Positions 20,148-31,720 of a stretch of 64,000 nt of DNA are shown here, piece after piece (positions within the stretch are counted from its first letter, which is position 1; every line of letters starts with the position of its first letter). Under the pieces are notes generated by a model. That model worked only from the letters and a program-made list of their open reading frames with translations. It made no database searches and had not been told where the DNA came from. The stretch is from the NCBI GenBank assembly GCA_963845065.1, contig CAWJQQ010000001.1, positions 576,001-640,000 on the forward strand. The letters run 5' to 3'. Source of the DNA: Nitrospirota bacterium. Its GTDB lineage: Bacteria > Nitrospirota > UBA9217. The position numbers were made by a program, and so were the translations under genes.

Positions 20148-22334
20148 TCATACCAAGAGCAACCCCTGTATCCGCAGGGTTTTCCATTCTTTGGACCTCA
20201 GAAAAATATCGAAAGAAGAATTAAATTGTTTCTCATAATTATTTTTAAGTTCATTAAGCAGCATCGGTTCTGCATTATAAACGGAAAATCTCTCAAACAC
20301 CTTATTCAACCACTCACCAGTTTCCGTATTCACGTTCAGAGCAAAACTGTTCGTTTTCTTATAAAAGACCAACTTGCCTTTTCCCTTCCCTTTTGGACCT
20401 TTTCGCTCCCATTGGGGCCGATTTTCGAGCCACAGTACTCTCGATTGCAGCCTGTCTTTATCAGAACCTTGTCCCTCATCGATCAACTGCTCCACGTAAT
20501 TTCTTTTTATTGAAACAGGGGGCACTTTAAATTCGAACCACTCCCTGACTGGAAAATCCGTCCCAATACCGTGCATAAAGTTGTAGACAGCTTTGTTCAA
20601 TCCATCCGCGAAAAGCTTGTGGTCGCACCCGCTAGGATCTTCGTGCATGAGATCGTTCCTGGCGAACTTGTTGCCCTGTTCGTCGATTATCATGGACTTA
20701 TATTTCGCAGGATTTTTTCCTATATCGCTATGCACTGTAGCCGTAAACCTGTGCCAGAAGACAGATTGTACAAGCCCGTTCTTAAAAAACTGGCGTACGA
20801 TCTCCAAGCTGTCAATCGTTTCCTGTTCTGTTTGTGTTGGGAAAGCGTACATAAGATATGCGTGGACCATGATACCTGCAGTCGCAAAGTTTTGGCACAC
20901 CTGGGCAGCCTGACGAATAGTGATGCCTTTATTCATGAGCTTCAAAAGCCTGTCCGAAGCGGTTTCGAGACCTCCGGTCACGGCAATGCAGCCCGAAGCT
21001 GCCAGATGCCTGCAAACATCCTGGGTAAAAGCATTTTCAAAACGAATGTTTCCCCACCAGGAGATGTTTATGCCTCTCCTCAGCAGCTCCAGAGCAAGTT
21101 CTCTCAGCAATACAGGCGGCGCAGCTTCGTCTACAAAATGAAAACCGGTCTGTCCCGTCTGGGCGATCAATTGCTCGATCCTGTCTACTAGCACAGCAGC
21201 AGGTGCGCTGTCAAATCGTTTTATATAATCGAGGCTCGTGTCGCAGAACGAGCACTTGTGCCAGTAACAGCCATGAGCTATCGTGATCTTGTTCCATCTA
21301 CCGTCCGACCAGAGCCGGTGCATAGGGTTTGCCATCTCGATCAGAGAAAGATATTTATCCAGGGGAAGGTCGGAATAATCCGGGCAACCTATCTCGGCAT
21401 GAGAAAAATCATTTTCCCCACTATCGATATATTTCACTTCGCCTGCAATCCGGACAAAGGTCCTCGTAAGACCACTTTGGTCTATTTTGCCTTCGAGGCA
21501 TTTTAAAATATTTACAAAAGGACGTTCGCCGTCATCCAGGGTGATGTAATCCAGATAATTAAAGACCGCTGGTTCCGAAAGTTCGCGAAGTTCAGTAGTA
21601 ACGAACCCTCCTCCTGCAATGACCTTAATGCGCGCAAAATTCTTCTTTATGAATTGACCGCACTTGAGCGCGGCAAAGAAATTTCCGGGAAAGGGGATGG
21701 TAATGCCAACTATATCAGGACGATGATCTTCAAGGTATTTCTTCAGCAGTTCCAGCAGCCACGTGTCAATGAGGGTATCGGGCCCGAGCAAGGCGGCATC
21801 GATGGGAGAAAAAGAGTGGGCCGACATGCCAAGTTTCTCGGCATAACGGGTAAAACCGAAATAGGGGGTGACTGCCTCTTTGATAAGATCGCCGATGTCC
21901 TCGATATAAAGTGTGGCGAAGAACCGGGCCTTATCATTCACACCGATGTTCCCGAATGACCACTCGAGATCGGGCAATTGATCGAACCGAAAAGCCCTCG
22001 GCAAAAAGTGCTCATTACACAAGGCTTGGACAAGGGTGTTGTCGCGGTACTGCAAAAAATTTATTACCTGCTCAATGGTTTGGAGATAATAACGTTCATT
22101 CCGTATGATCCGGAGTGCATTCTGGGAAAGTTGGCCGCCCTTCTTTTTGACAAGATCGAAAAGCTTTTGGAATCCGTCCCGCGAAAATATCCTATTGATC
22201 AGCTCAATGCTTAGGTCAGCCTGAAATACGTCATAGCCGAATTGATTCAAAAAGCCCTTTAAATAAGGTGTTGCCGGATAGGGGGTGTTCAGCTGGGTAA
22301 ACGGCGGAGTAACGAGAAGAATCTTGAGAGGCAT
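20148..22334 (-). CDS. B12-binding domain radical SAM protein
   Basis: CYWHKCSFC motif, N-terminal PPFTQLNTPYPAT, FVDEAAPP. Confidence 0.88.
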   Translation of the reverse strand: MPLKILLVTPPFTQLNTPYPATPYLKGFLNQFGYDVFQADLSIELINRIFSRDGFQKLFDLVKKKGGQLSQNALRIIRNERYYLQTIEQVINFLQYRDNTLVQALCNEHFLPRAFRFDQLPDLEWSFGNIGVNDKARFFATLYIEDIGDLIKEAVTPYFGFTRYAEKLGMSAHSFSPIDAALLGPDTLIDTWLLELLKKYLEDHRPDIVGITIPFPGNFFAALKCGQFIKKNFARIKVIAGGGFVTTELRELSEPAVFNYLDYITLDDGERPFVNILKCLEGKIDQSGLTRTFVRIAGEVKYIDSGENDFSHAEIGCPDYSDLPLDKYLSLIEMANPMHRLWSDGRWNKITIAHGCYWHKCSFCDTSLDYIKRFDSAPAAVLVDRIEQLIAQTGQTGFHFVDEAAPPVLLRELALELLRRGINISWWGNIRFENAFTQDVCRHLAASGCIAVTGGLETASDRLLKLMNKGITIRQAAQVCQNFATAGIMVHAYLMYAFPTQTEQETIDSLEIVRQFFKNGLVQSVFWHRFTATVHSDIGKNPAKYKSMIIDEQGNKFARNDLMHEDPSGCDHKLFADGLNKAVYNFMHGIGTDFPVREWFEFKVPPVSIKRNYVEQLIDEGQGSDKDRLQSRVLWLENRPQWERKGPKGKGKGKLVFYKKTNSFALNVNTETGEWLNKVFERFSVYNAEPMLLNELKNNYEKQFNSSFDIFLRSKEWKTLRIQGLLLV

Positions 22335-22524
22335 AAGCTATTATACTCCTAACCATAGCACGACACTATTTTTCTGACAACCTATGTCTCGGATCAATCG
22401 CTACAAGCAGACGATGTCATGCTCGTCAATAATTCTGAAATTTAAAAAAGGCGAGGGTAACGTTTTTTTTATGAAAAGTGGGATTTCAACAATCGAAACT
22501 GTTGTGGACTATAGGATGAATTCA

Positions 22525-22866
22525 TTAAGCTTCGCCAATCCCGCCATCGACCGAGTCGACCACAATCTTTTCTGCCACGTCAAGAACCTTTTCCGCTGCC
22601 TGCTCAATAACCTCATCACACGTTTTTGCTTTAGACAGAATAAAATAACCATGTTTTTCCAGAAAGTCGATTATTTGCTCGTGTTTGATTTTATGTTCAT
22701 CGAAATGAATTAATGCACTACCTGTAACAGAGTTGGTTTCTACCGACGTTATCCCTTCCAAACCCTGGATAGACTTTTCAAACGTCGCCTCATTCTGCGG
22801 ACTACCGTGGATGAATGGCGTTTGTATTCTTAATCTGCCGGGGACATAATGATAATAATAATCCAT
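22525..22866 (-). CDS. HMA2-domain (heavy-metal-associated) protein
   Basis: HYVPGRLRI..GITSVETNSVTGSALIHFD; GAGGAG RBS. Confidence 0.8.
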   Translation of the reverse strand: MDYYYHYVPGRLRIQTPFIHGSPQNEATFEKSIQGLEGITSVETNSVTGSALIHFDEHKIKHEQIIDFLEKHGYFILSKAKTCDEVIEQAAEKVLDVAEKIVVDSVDGGIGEA

Positions 22867-23060
22867 GTTATTCTCCTCATGATAATTTCCGATTGAAACT
22901 TCAGTGTTTGATAAAAAAGCCTGCAGAATTAGACAGGGAGCATTCATCAAACAATGAGCTGACTAGCTTGTCTGGTTGAGAGATTGATTGAGAGGCCATC
23001 ATGCCGCGTGTGAGCATGGAAGAACATCCTTTTTGATATTAGATTGAAGCCGATCACAGA

Positions 23061-23299
23061 CTATTTCATATCATAGCGAGACTGTAGATTCAGCCAAAAT
23101 TGGTCTTCCAGAGCGAAAAAATGGCTAAGGCGCAGCGTGTCAGCAGAAATTATGCGACGACCAGGCGCGATCTCAATAATTCGGCGCACAGTTACACCAA
23201 TGTCTTTGGAAAGCTTGTACTGGCTAATTCCTAGAGGTTCCAAAAAGCGTTAACTAGGATTTCCCCCTGGTGGATTGGAGCAAAATCACGCTTTTTCAT
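23061..23299 (-). pseudogene. higA: HigA antitoxin pseudogene
   Basis: PIHQGEIL (frameshift) EPLGISQYKL..RIISADT..QFWLNLQSRYD. Confidence 0.8.
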
Positions 23300-23313
23300 G
23301 TTTTTCTCACCTC

Positions 23314-23593
23314 TCAATAGTAATTACCGATTTCGACATCAAAGGCATCGCTGCCCTTCCATGTAAAGCAAATCCGCCACTGTTTAACGATAGGGATGCT
23401 GTACTGATCCTTACTGTTACCATGCAATTCCTCCAGATGGTTAGACGGTGGCACACGCAGATTTTCAAGAACCGACACAATTTATGATCTCAAGCTTCAA
23501 TGTGGCAGTGCGCTGAATTGCCCGCGGTAACTTGGCGGAAAACTGACCGCGATAAAATTTATCGGTTACTCTGCCTTTGAAGGACTTGATCAC
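23314..23593 (-). pseudogene. higB: HigB (RelE-like) toxin pseudogene
   Basis: GTG-IKSFK..KL (frameshift) LRVPPSNHLEELHG..QYSI..QWRICFTW..DVEIGNYY*. Confidence 0.8.
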
Positions 23594-23923
23594 TGAGATA
23601 TATTATCTCAATTGGAAATATCGTCAAGAGATATTATTCGATTGTAACTTGTACTATGGTCTGAAAATGGTTATCGTGTAAACTTCAGTAAGGCCATCAC
23701 ACCAGAAGTTACACCGGAATTATTCACATCAATTAAAATAAAATTTCTGCAAGAAACAACTACTAGTGCGAATCACCTCTTGGTAAAAAAAAATGTAAAA
23801 CCAGTTGACACTTGCAACGTCTATGTGGGCGGATTAAAATGGTAAAAAAAGGAGGGAACTATGTCGAGAAAAATAATCCAAAACAGAGCATTGAATATTT
23901 GGATCATATGAGGTTTAACGATT

Positions 23924-24892
23924 TTAATCTTTTCGTAGAACTCCCTGGCTACCGCAAAGGTTTTTCCTTAGCTGTTTAACAAGTGGCATGGCTAAGGAAG
24001 AATCTTTGGCTCTGACAACACCGAATACGTATTGGCCTGCCTGCTCAACAAACACATTTCCATACAATGGGTCCACGGCTTTCAGGAAGATTCGGTCCGG
24101 CATCTCCGTCACAGGAATGTCTTTTTTAGATGTTTTCAGGTATGAGCGGTACTGATCAAAGGCCTTGCGCGCCGCATCCCGGGAATCCTCAAGCACTATA
24201 AATATCTGAACTGTTTTTCCTTCTACAATGGCGTCAGCCATAAGGCCCCGGCGGAAAAAGTCATACCCCAGTAGGCTCTGGGCCAAATACCGCTCGCTCT
24301 TCTTTACCACGTCAGTCGCAGAAAAGGCGTCAAGTTCTTTCGGCTTAGCCACGCTCTGCGGGAGATTCTTTGCTATGGCTCGGGCGCAATCAAGAAGGAG
24401 GTCCTGTCCCAGGCTTGTGGCCCCCGTGACCTGCAGCTGCACAAAGTACTTGTCCTGATAGAAAAAAACCTGGGACGGCGAGACTATTCCTTCGGCACCG
24501 ACGACGATGTCAATACTGTCCTTTTTGCGGTAGTTTGCGAACATCCCGAAAGCGTCGAGCAGCGAACCCATGGCGTAGACGTCCGCATCAATCGCAATAT
24601 TCGGACTCTTTTTGCTATCATAGCGGGCGTAGGCGAGCACGGTAAACCCGTAAGGGAAATAAAGTTCAGCTTCGCCGTCGATCCGGTCGGAGAGGGCGTC
24701 CTTGTCAAAGAGGGTCACCTTCCCGTCCATGGCCCATCCTTCGGTGCAAGATGGCGCGGGCAGGAATTTCTCCATGCCACTCTGTGCTTGTGCAGCGGGG
24801 ACTGATGTGAAGAGTATGATTATGATGATCAGGAAGAGAAACGATTGCTGTTTTGAATATTTGACTTTTATTTGAATTTTGAGCGTTGACAT
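23924..24892 (-). CDS. Secreted DUF6599-like protein
   Basis: Signal peptide, IDGEAELYFPYGF, YAMGSLLDAFG. Confidence 0.7.
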   Translation of the reverse strand: MSTLKIQIKVKYSKQQSFLFLIIIIILFTSVPAAQAQSGMEKFLPAPSCTEGWAMDGKVTLFDKDALSDRIDGEAELYFPYGFTVLAYARYDSKKSPNIAIDADVYAMGSLLDAFGMFANYRKKDSIDIVVGAEGIVSPSQVFFYQDKYFVQLQVTGATSLGQDLLLDCARAIAKNLPQSVAKPKELDAFSATDVVKKSERYLAQSLLGYDFFRRGLMADAIVEGKTVQIFIVLEDSRDAARKAFDQYRSYLKTSKKDIPVTEMPDRIFLKAVDPLYGNVFVEQAGQYVFGVVRAKDSSLAMPLVKQLRKNLCGSQGVLRKD

Positions 24893-24945
24893 TTGTCATT
24901 TCCCTCTGTAATCTCTGTATCCTCTGTAACGAACGGTTTCTACGG

Positions 24946-26124
24946 TTACGCCAATACATTTCTTGCCCGCTCCATCCGCGCCGCAATGTTCATCCCCCGG
25001 ACGCATGAGGCGATGCAGACCTGACAGTCCAAGCACGCAGCGGCATTGGCTCGCTGCGGAATCTCGCGGTACGTTGACCGCGCAAGCTCGTAGTTCCGGT
25101 ACCCTTCCATATACATTAGTGAACGGTTGATCGTACTGATATCCACGCTCTTTGGGCAGGTGCTCTCGCAGATTCCGCAGAGGTCGCAGTAGTACGACTG
25201 CACAGCGGCATGGTATTGATGCAGGATGTGGACATCGGCACGCTTGAGCTGCATCCCCATGACTGCAATATTCTCCTTGAAATGGGCCAGATTTTTCATG
25301 CCAGGGATAGCCATTGTGACATTGGGGTTCTGGAGGACCCATTTAAGTGCAGCTTGGTGAGGGCTGATAGAATCAAGTTGCCCCGGCTTGTACCCACCCG
25401 CCTGCGTCTTCATCGCAATGATTCCAACGCCCGTCTTGGCTAACCGCGCTATAACTTCACCAATCTCCGGGCTGCTTTCAAAATTATAGGCCACCAGCGC
25501 CGTGTCGAAAAAAAGGTCCTTGTCATCCACCAGGGCGTTCAGGACCTCAGGTTGGTTCTTGTGTGTGGTCACCCCAAAAAAACGCACCTTGCCCTGCTCT
25601 CTCAGTCTGGTGAGAGCCTCCCGTGTTTCCGGAATGAATACGCGCTCTTTGTCGGTAAGACTATGAAGTTGGATTACATCAACATAATCGGTATCGAGTG
25701 CCTCGAGGCTGGTTTCAACATCCCTGATAATTTCCTCTTTGGACCGCGAAGTGGGCAGCGTCTTTGTAGCCACATACACCTTATCACGCCTACCTTTGAG
25801 TGCTTTGCCTACGATTTCTTCGTTCTTGCCGTCCATATATTTCCGCGCTGTGTCAACGTAGTTGACCCCGTGATCGAAAGCGATCTTTAAAAGTTCGGGC
25901 TCGGGCACTAGCATTGCACCAAAGCTGACAACCATGATCTTCAATCCTGTTCTGCCGAGTGTTCGGTAAACAGGCGAAGGAAAGGTAAAGGACTCTCGTG
26001 ATACCGCATTCTGCAAGGCCTCGGCAAGGGCATTCCCCTCAATAAAGGCCGTGGTAGTCCCCACCAGACCAGCCTTTAAGAACTCCATCCTGTTCATTAC
26101 AGAAAACCTCTTTTTTATATTCAT
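24946..26124 (-). CDS. Aldo/keto reductase with C-terminal 4Fe-4S dicluster
   Basis: YRTLGRTGL, DTARKY, CDLCGICESTCP and CLDCQVC..C; Tat-like N-terminus. Confidence 0.88.
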   Translation of the reverse strand: MNIKKRFSVMNRMEFLKAGLVGTTTAFIEGNALAEALQNAVSRESFTFPSPVYRTLGRTGLKIMVVSFGAMLVPEPELLKIAFDHGVNYVDTARKYMDGKNEEIVGKALKGRRDKVYVATKTLPTSRSKEEIIRDVETSLEALDTDYVDVIQLHSLTDKERVFIPETREALTRLREQGKVRFFGVTTHKNQPEVLNALVDDKDLFFDTALVAYNFESSPEIGEVIARLAKTGVGIIAMKTQAGGYKPGQLDSISPHQAALKWVLQNPNVTMAIPGMKNLAHFKENIAVMGMQLKRADVHILHQYHAAVQSYYCDLCGICESTCPKSVDISTINRSLMYMEGYRNYELARSTYREIPQRANAAACLDCQVCIASCVRGMNIAARMERARNVLA

Positions 26125-26789
26125 GGCGACCTCCTTATGAATATGTGACAACGGTCAGATCAATCATGTGTTAAATCTTTCATGCACTAGATACTATGTA
26201 ATTTCGATGAGTTGAAATAATTGAGGATTACTGGCTCTAAATACATATTATGCGAAGCACAGCAGAAGCATATCATACTTTGTATTAATTGGAAATAATG
26301 TTATTAAGAAAGGAAAACACACGATATAGACTGAAATTTTAGCAAGAACGCTGCACGTCACAACCCATGCTGAACTCGAACGAGTAGTCTATATATAAAT
26401 AAAACAAGATGTTTTCTGCATATGCTTCAGCCTAGAGCGTGTCCATGATTCTGGACGTGCATCGCACTTCGAGTTACGAATCGATATTCGTCACTTCAAT
26501 CAATTCAGTATCTCTATAAGAAACATCTACAAGTCTGCACTGCCAAGTTCAGAATAGATTCAGCTATTTGATCTAACCTCCACGGTCGGTAATCCCTATC
26601 AACTTCGAGCAGCAATTAATTTTCTTTTTATAAATTAATAGGTATCACAATCTTCCCGCTCTGGGAAGTTTAACTATGCTCACTATTAATATTAACGACA
26701 ACAAGGGGAAGAACGCAAATTAACCACAGAAGCCTTATCATTTCGAATTTCTCAAATCCCGGAGACAGCCCCTCGGTCTATTTTGATAA

Positions 26790-28661
26790 TTATACTTGCT
26801 CATTATTTCTACGAGTGCTCCTTGCCCGTCTATAGACTGCGATTCCTACGAGCAGACAAAATAAAAGAATGACAAGCAAAGGATACTCGATGAAATAAAT
26901 AACCGGAGCTAGCGAAATCCTTGTAAATACTCTGAGTACCTCGTTATCCCTTATGAGTTGTGCCATCAATGGTGAATATCGATAGTAGACCTTGACAAAT
27001 TCTCTTCCGGGCGTGTTTGTCAAGAGATATTTGTCTCTAAATATTCTTAACGTAACAACGTGCGGATCCAGGGATGAGCCAAAGGCTGCCGTAGCAATAA
27101 AACACCCTCCACCGCCCCCTCCGGCTGACACAGCAGTCGGTTGCGGAGGCTGCACACTACGATAGACATGCCACATGTCGTCGATGAATGTATATTGGGG
27201 GAACTCTCCTTGGAGCCAGTATCGGGTTTGGCCTTGTCGTTCCCAATCGGGGCTATAATCATACTCGCCATTTGTTTGTGCGTAGATCTCTGCAACCGCT
27301 TGGGTGTCGTCTTCGAACATCCAACGGTCAGCGTAATCAAAAAAAGCCGGGTGGTTCCAGATATTTTCCGCTTCCATAAGATGCATCGTCAAGGCTTCAC
27401 CGACCCAAGAGACCGATGTACAGCAGCGCCTATACGCTTCGCCCAATTGTTCTTGATTCGGCGGCGTGCCGTATAGGGGCCAATCCGCAGGCTGAAGCTG
27501 TTCATACGGACCGTATAACCCTGGGCTAACAGGAGTACCATCGCTATAAACGCCGTAGTGGCCTCCATAAACCACTTTCGCACCTTGCCAGGCCTGCTGG
27601 AAGTTACCCGCCGGAGGCAGCTCGTTGATATAGACTGTCTGCATGTCTTCTCCGAACTTGTCCGGGTACAAGGTCGAAACATTTTTCATGGATTCATTAT
27701 TCAATAAAATACCGGCAAATACGATCGGCATTTTTCTTCCGCTACGATGACCACCGAAGGCGGGCCACCCGTAGCCGGCTTGTACACACCCAAATAGGTC
27801 GATACCATATTGCACGAAGTAGTTCGTCAGATTTACTTTCGCATCTGGCGCAAAGTCAAGAGAGAGTAGCAGCCCCACATAGGAATCAGCAAAGGCAATA
27901 TGCTGACCGTAGCTTGGCATATATTCGGCCGGCACGTCGAAGAGAAACGGGTTCATGTCGATCCAGGGCCTCCGGAACCAACTTTCAAACTGTGATAATG
28001 GTGGAGTATTAGCAGAGTTCGGTGGTGCTAAAGAAGGTAAGAGATTTCTTTGCAGATTACTGCCGTAGTATATTGTCTGGCTTCGGTCACAGTAGGACGG
28101 TCGGAAGGCATCGGAAGGTACCGGCGCACTCAAAATCGTGAGGATAGAAACCGTTCTCACCGGGCTGATGTTCACATCCCCCGATCGCATCACTTCAGGG
28201 AGCGTATGAAGTTGAGACTGTGTCAGACTAATTGAAGAAACTAGAGAATCTCCCGTTTTCAAAACAATGGGGGGGTAGACCCTCCAATTGGCATTGAACC
28301 ACCACGATTCATCGACTCCGTCATTTAGCCGCTCGTCAAATCCGCTCTTGCTGTCAGGTGTAGGCAGATTTAATACCGAGCCGTTTTCGTATGGTGTCGA
28401 TGTAGTGGGAGGAGGATCGATAGCAGTCACAGTGACAGGACCGACGACATAATAGTCCCCGTTGATGAACTGGCCGACAGTCACCGATCGATCAAAGGTC
28501 CAAGTGATACCATCTTTGGTAACGCTGGTTTGTTGTGCCAAGCATAAAGAAGCTGGATAAACAAAGGACCCAATAAAAAGAAAGAGGGATAAGGGAACAA
28601 GATAAATATTAAAAATAAATCTTTCCGCCAGTTTGGTGACCCGTCGAACAAACATTATCAT
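26790..28661 (-). CDS. Secreted protein with CFI-box-CTERM domain
   Basis: Signal peptide; [31 protein letters not shown] + TM + basic tail. Confidence 0.82.
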   Translation of the reverse strand: MIMFVRRVTKLAERFIFNIYLVPLSLFLFIGSFVYPASLCLAQQTSVTKDGITWTFDRSVTVGQFINGDYYVVGPVTVTAIDPPPTTSTPYENGSVLNLPTPDSKSGFDERLNDGVDESWWFNANWRVYPPIVLKTGDSLVSSISLTQSQLHTLPEVMRSGDVNISPVRTVSILTILSAPVPSDAFRPSYCDRSQTIYYGSNLQRNLLPSLAPPNSANTPPLSQFESWFRRPWIDMNPFLFDVPAEYMPSYGQHIAFADSYVGLLLSLDFAPDAKVNLTNYFVQYGIDLFGCVQAGYGWPAFGGHRSGRKMPIVFAGILLNNESMKNVSTLYPDKFGEDMQTVYINELPPAGNFQQAWQGAKVVYGGHYGVYSDGTPVSPGLYGPYEQLQPADWPLYGTPPNQEQLGEAYRRCCTSVSWVGEALTMHLMEAENIWNHPAFFDYADRWMFEDDTQAVAEIYAQTNGEYDYSPDWERQGQTRYWLQGEFPQYTFIDDMWHVYRSVQPPQPTAVSAGGGGGGCFIATAAFGSSLDPHVVTLRIFRDKYLLTNTPGREFVKVYYRYSPLMAQLIRDNEVLRVFTRISLAPVIYFIEYPLLVILLFCLLVGIAVYRRARSTRRNNEQV

Positions 28662-28903
28662 AATTCTAACTCCATGACAACCGCCATCCTTGATCTCCTC
28701 CTCAACAACTTGCTGTACAATATGTTTCTGGGAGTTCGCTAATTCACAGGATGCTTTCCTCTTGTCTATCCCACTAAATCCTGATTAATCAGTTTCGTAA
28801 ATTTGGGATATAATCTACAGCAGTCAAGATATTCTTTGTTACACAGCATGGTCCGTACTTCAATCAGACGCAACTTTTATCGATTAGGATATTCGGCAAA
28901 AAC

Positions 28904-30247
28904 CTATGGACTGAGCGTGGAGAGGTGGTCCTTATAGGTCTGACCGTAAGCGCCGTTCGGGGTGCCGTTGTAATCTGAAATCAACGCGATTGAACTGCAT
29001 GACGACCCCCAGGTATCCCATACCCAGGCCAAGTAGCTACCGCCGTTATTATCAAGCCAACCCATCAGCGTGCTGATGAAAACGCCCTGACAGTCATCCT
29101 CACCGATCTCGGTGGTCACTACCGGCACCGCAGCTAGCACCGGTCCGGTGTTGCTGTTATAACAGCTCACATCTGCGCACATGTTGAAGTTGTAAACATG
29201 CCAAGCTGCCGCCAAGTTACCGAGCGGATCGTTGGGTTTGTATGAGAGCCAGCCTGTCAATGAATTCGAGTACTCCACCCCGCCGAGTAATATAATATTG
29301 GTCGCACCTGTGCTTCGAACCGCATTGACCAGTTCCTGCATACCGGCCACGGTATAGGTGATACCCGAGCAAATGCTCCCGTCACGCCAGCAGGTCCAGG
29401 CCGCCACCGTGTCCTGATTAGAGTCGGGGAAGGGCTCGTTGAAGAGCTCGAAAATAACCGAACTGTTGCCCTTAAACATTAGCGCCACTTGAGTCCAGAA
29501 CGTGGGGGAATGGTCTCGGTCCGGCATGGGCTGCTGAGAAACTGCTTGTGTGCTTCCAGGAGCTGACCAGTGAAGTTCAAGGATGGGGATCAGCCCCTGC
29601 TGGTTGATGGTGCTGACGTAGTCGGCGATGGCCAGCTGGTAGTTGGTGCCGCCATACTGGGACGATACACCATTGATGCCCAACCAACAGTCCTCGTTGA
29701 GGGGAATGCGTACGGCGTTTGCGTTCCATGATGTAATCGCCTGGATCGAAGCGACGTCATTTGGACCATCGAAGATGCCCCAACCCTGGATGCAAGCGTA
29801 CTCAGTGCCAGAGCGATTCACGCCATGAATGCGGACCTCCTTGCCACTAACGTTCTGAATCTGATTGCCCACCACGTGCAATCCGCCGATACCGCCACTG
29901 CCTGTAACCGTGTAGATGCCAGTCGCTACAGTGCTATCCGCGTCGCCGGAAGCCTGTGCGAAGGCCTTGAAGGTAGTGGTTACTCTGACAGTGATGGGGC
30001 CTGTATATAACATTGAAGCTGCACTTGGAGACGTACCATCGGTTGTATAGAAGATCGACGCTCCATTCGTCGCAGACGCAATTGTGACGGTCAACGCGCT
30101 GGAATAGATGTTCGGCAATGGGCTGAAGGTTGGGGTTGCTGTTGTTGGCCGTGAAGAGTCACTTCCTCCCGAGGATGTGCTACCACTCGAACAGGAAAAC
30201 AATATAACGAGAACGAGGAATAACGAAGATATTTGGAGCCTCTTCAT
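28904..30247 (-). CDS. GH5 glycoside hydrolase lipoprotein with Fn3-associated domain
   Basis: Lipobox LFSC, IFYTTDGT.P, GVNRSGTEYAC, catalytic NEP and TEIGE. Confidence 0.88.
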   Translation of the reverse strand: MKRLQISSLFLVLVILFSCSSGSTSSGGSDSSRPTTATPTFSPLPNIYSSALTVTIASATNGASIFYTTDGTSPSAASMLYTGPITVRVTTTFKAFAQASGDADSTVATGIYTVTGSGGIGGLHVVGNQIQNVSGKEVRIHGVNRSGTEYACIQGWGIFDGPNDVASIQAITSWNANAVRIPLNEDCWLGINGVSSQYGGTNYQLAIADYVSTINQQGLIPILELHWSAPGSTQAVSQQPMPDRDHSPTFWTQVALMFKGNSSVIFELFNEPFPDSNQDTVAAWTCWRDGSICSGITYTVAGMQELVNAVRSTGATNIILLGGVEYSNSLTGWLSYKPNDPLGNLAAAWHVYNFNMCADVSCYNSNTGPVLAAVPVVTTEIGEDDCQGVFISTLMGWLDNNGGSYLAWVWDTWGSSCSSIALISDYNGTPNGAYGQTYKDHLSTLSP

Positions 30248-30815
30248 AAGACCCCTCTCTACAACGAACCCGAATACATTGTAAAGATCTTATTGCAGGC
30301 AGGCTTGATTATGCACTTTTATCATTAATGAATCTGTGATTTGACTCACACCTTGATTGGAGAGTCATAATAAGTACTCTGCACTTTATAAGAAATGTAA
30401 TTTATTAGGAAGAAGACATCACTGCAAACTATTGTAGGTACTCGTCAATGCCCCATGATTATAGCGATCTAAAGGGTGCGGGAGAGATGTTGCCTGAGAG
30501 GACTCCGGTTCATTGTCTTCCTGAAAGATGGCCAGCAGCGTTTGCCTTCATAAGGGATCTCCGTAAAGCAGGACGACTCTATTTTTTCTCTCAATTATCA
30601 TCCTGCTTTTCGTTCAGGTTAATTGCAGCTTCTTAGTAAATTGTCGCGGTGTCAACAGTCGGTATTGTACTATATGGATACCGTGCTCATTCAAAATCGG
30701 GACACTGTCGGCGTCTATTTAAGCATTGATAGGCTGCATATGCGGGTCAGCCGGCTACCTTGTAAATCAGCACTGCCCCACCTATGCCGCGCCGAATCGT
30801 TCCGACCACGCTACG

Positions 30816-31631
30816 TTACTTGGCGTTTGGAATAAACAAAGCATTGCCGTTCTTGTCCTTGAAAGCGGCGACAACATCCTGCCCTTCTTTGGAAATGATC
30901 CAGTTTACAAATTCCATTGCCTCTTTGAATTTCACCTCTTTGTACTTGACAGGGTTCACGGCCATAACGCCATACTGGTTGAACAGGGAAGGATCTCCCT
31001 CAAGAACGATGGCCATGTCCAGTTTTTCTTTGTCCTTTGTCGCCAGCCAGGTCCCCCTGTCCGTAAGTGTGTAGGCACGCTTCTCGTTGGCGATCCGCTG
31101 GGTCTTCTCCATACCCTGACCTGCATCAAGATACCATGGTCGGCCTTTTGGATCGATTCCCGCCTTCTTCCAGAGCGCAAGTTCCTTGGTGTTAGTGCCT
31201 GACCTGTCGCCCCGAGAGACGAAAGCAGAGCCAGTTTCGGCGATCTTCTTGAACGCGTCGACAGCCGACTTCATGCCCTTGATCTTCGCCGGATCGTTTG
31301 TCGAGCCGATGATGACAAAGTCATTGTACATCACGTCATGCCTATTCACGAAGTATCCCTCTTCAAGAGCCTTCAGTTCCTGCTCCTTTGCATGACAGAG
31401 GACCACGTCAGCATCGCCGCGCTTGCCGATTTCGATGGCTGCGCCGGTGCCCACGGCAACAACGTCGATCTTGATCCCGGTCTTTTTCTCAAAAATCGGC
31501 AGCAAATAGTCAAAGAGCCCGGAATTCTGCGTACTTGTGGTCGAAGCCATGCGGATACGCGTTTCTGCCGAAACTGCGGCTGCGCCACCTACAATGATCA
31601 ATAGCAATATCAGGCTGATTAACTTTTTCAT
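30816..31631 (-). CDS. tupA: Tungstate ABC transporter substrate-binding protein
   Basis: ASTTSTQNSGL, AVGTG, SRGDRSGT, AYTLTDRGT; signal peptide. Confidence 0.9.
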   Translation of the reverse strand: MKKLISLILLLIIVGGAAAVSAETRIRMASTTSTQNSGLFDYLLPIFEKKTGIKIDVVAVGTGAAIEIGKRGDADVVLCHAKEQELKALEEGYFVNRHDVMYNDFVIIGSTNDPAKIKGMKSAVDAFKKIAETGSAFVSRGDRSGTNTKELALWKKAGIDPKGRPWYLDAGQGMEKTQRIANEKRAYTLTDRGTWLATKDKEKLDMAIVLEGDPSLFNQYGVMAVNPVKYKEVKFKEAMEFVNWIISKEGQDVVAAFKDKNGNALFIPNAK

Positions 31632-31720
31632 ATTCTCCTCCTAGTTAGTTCATTATTACAGGTTCTTCCCTTCCTGCGGATTGGGAGGAAAAGTGGTAAA
31701 GCGCATAGATAGTCCTTTTA

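Noticed and set aside
23275..23487. Plus-strand 70-aa ORF and the many other antisense ORFs in the track
   Set aside because: Shadow frames of real genes or pseudogenes (here higB); no RBS or family motifs
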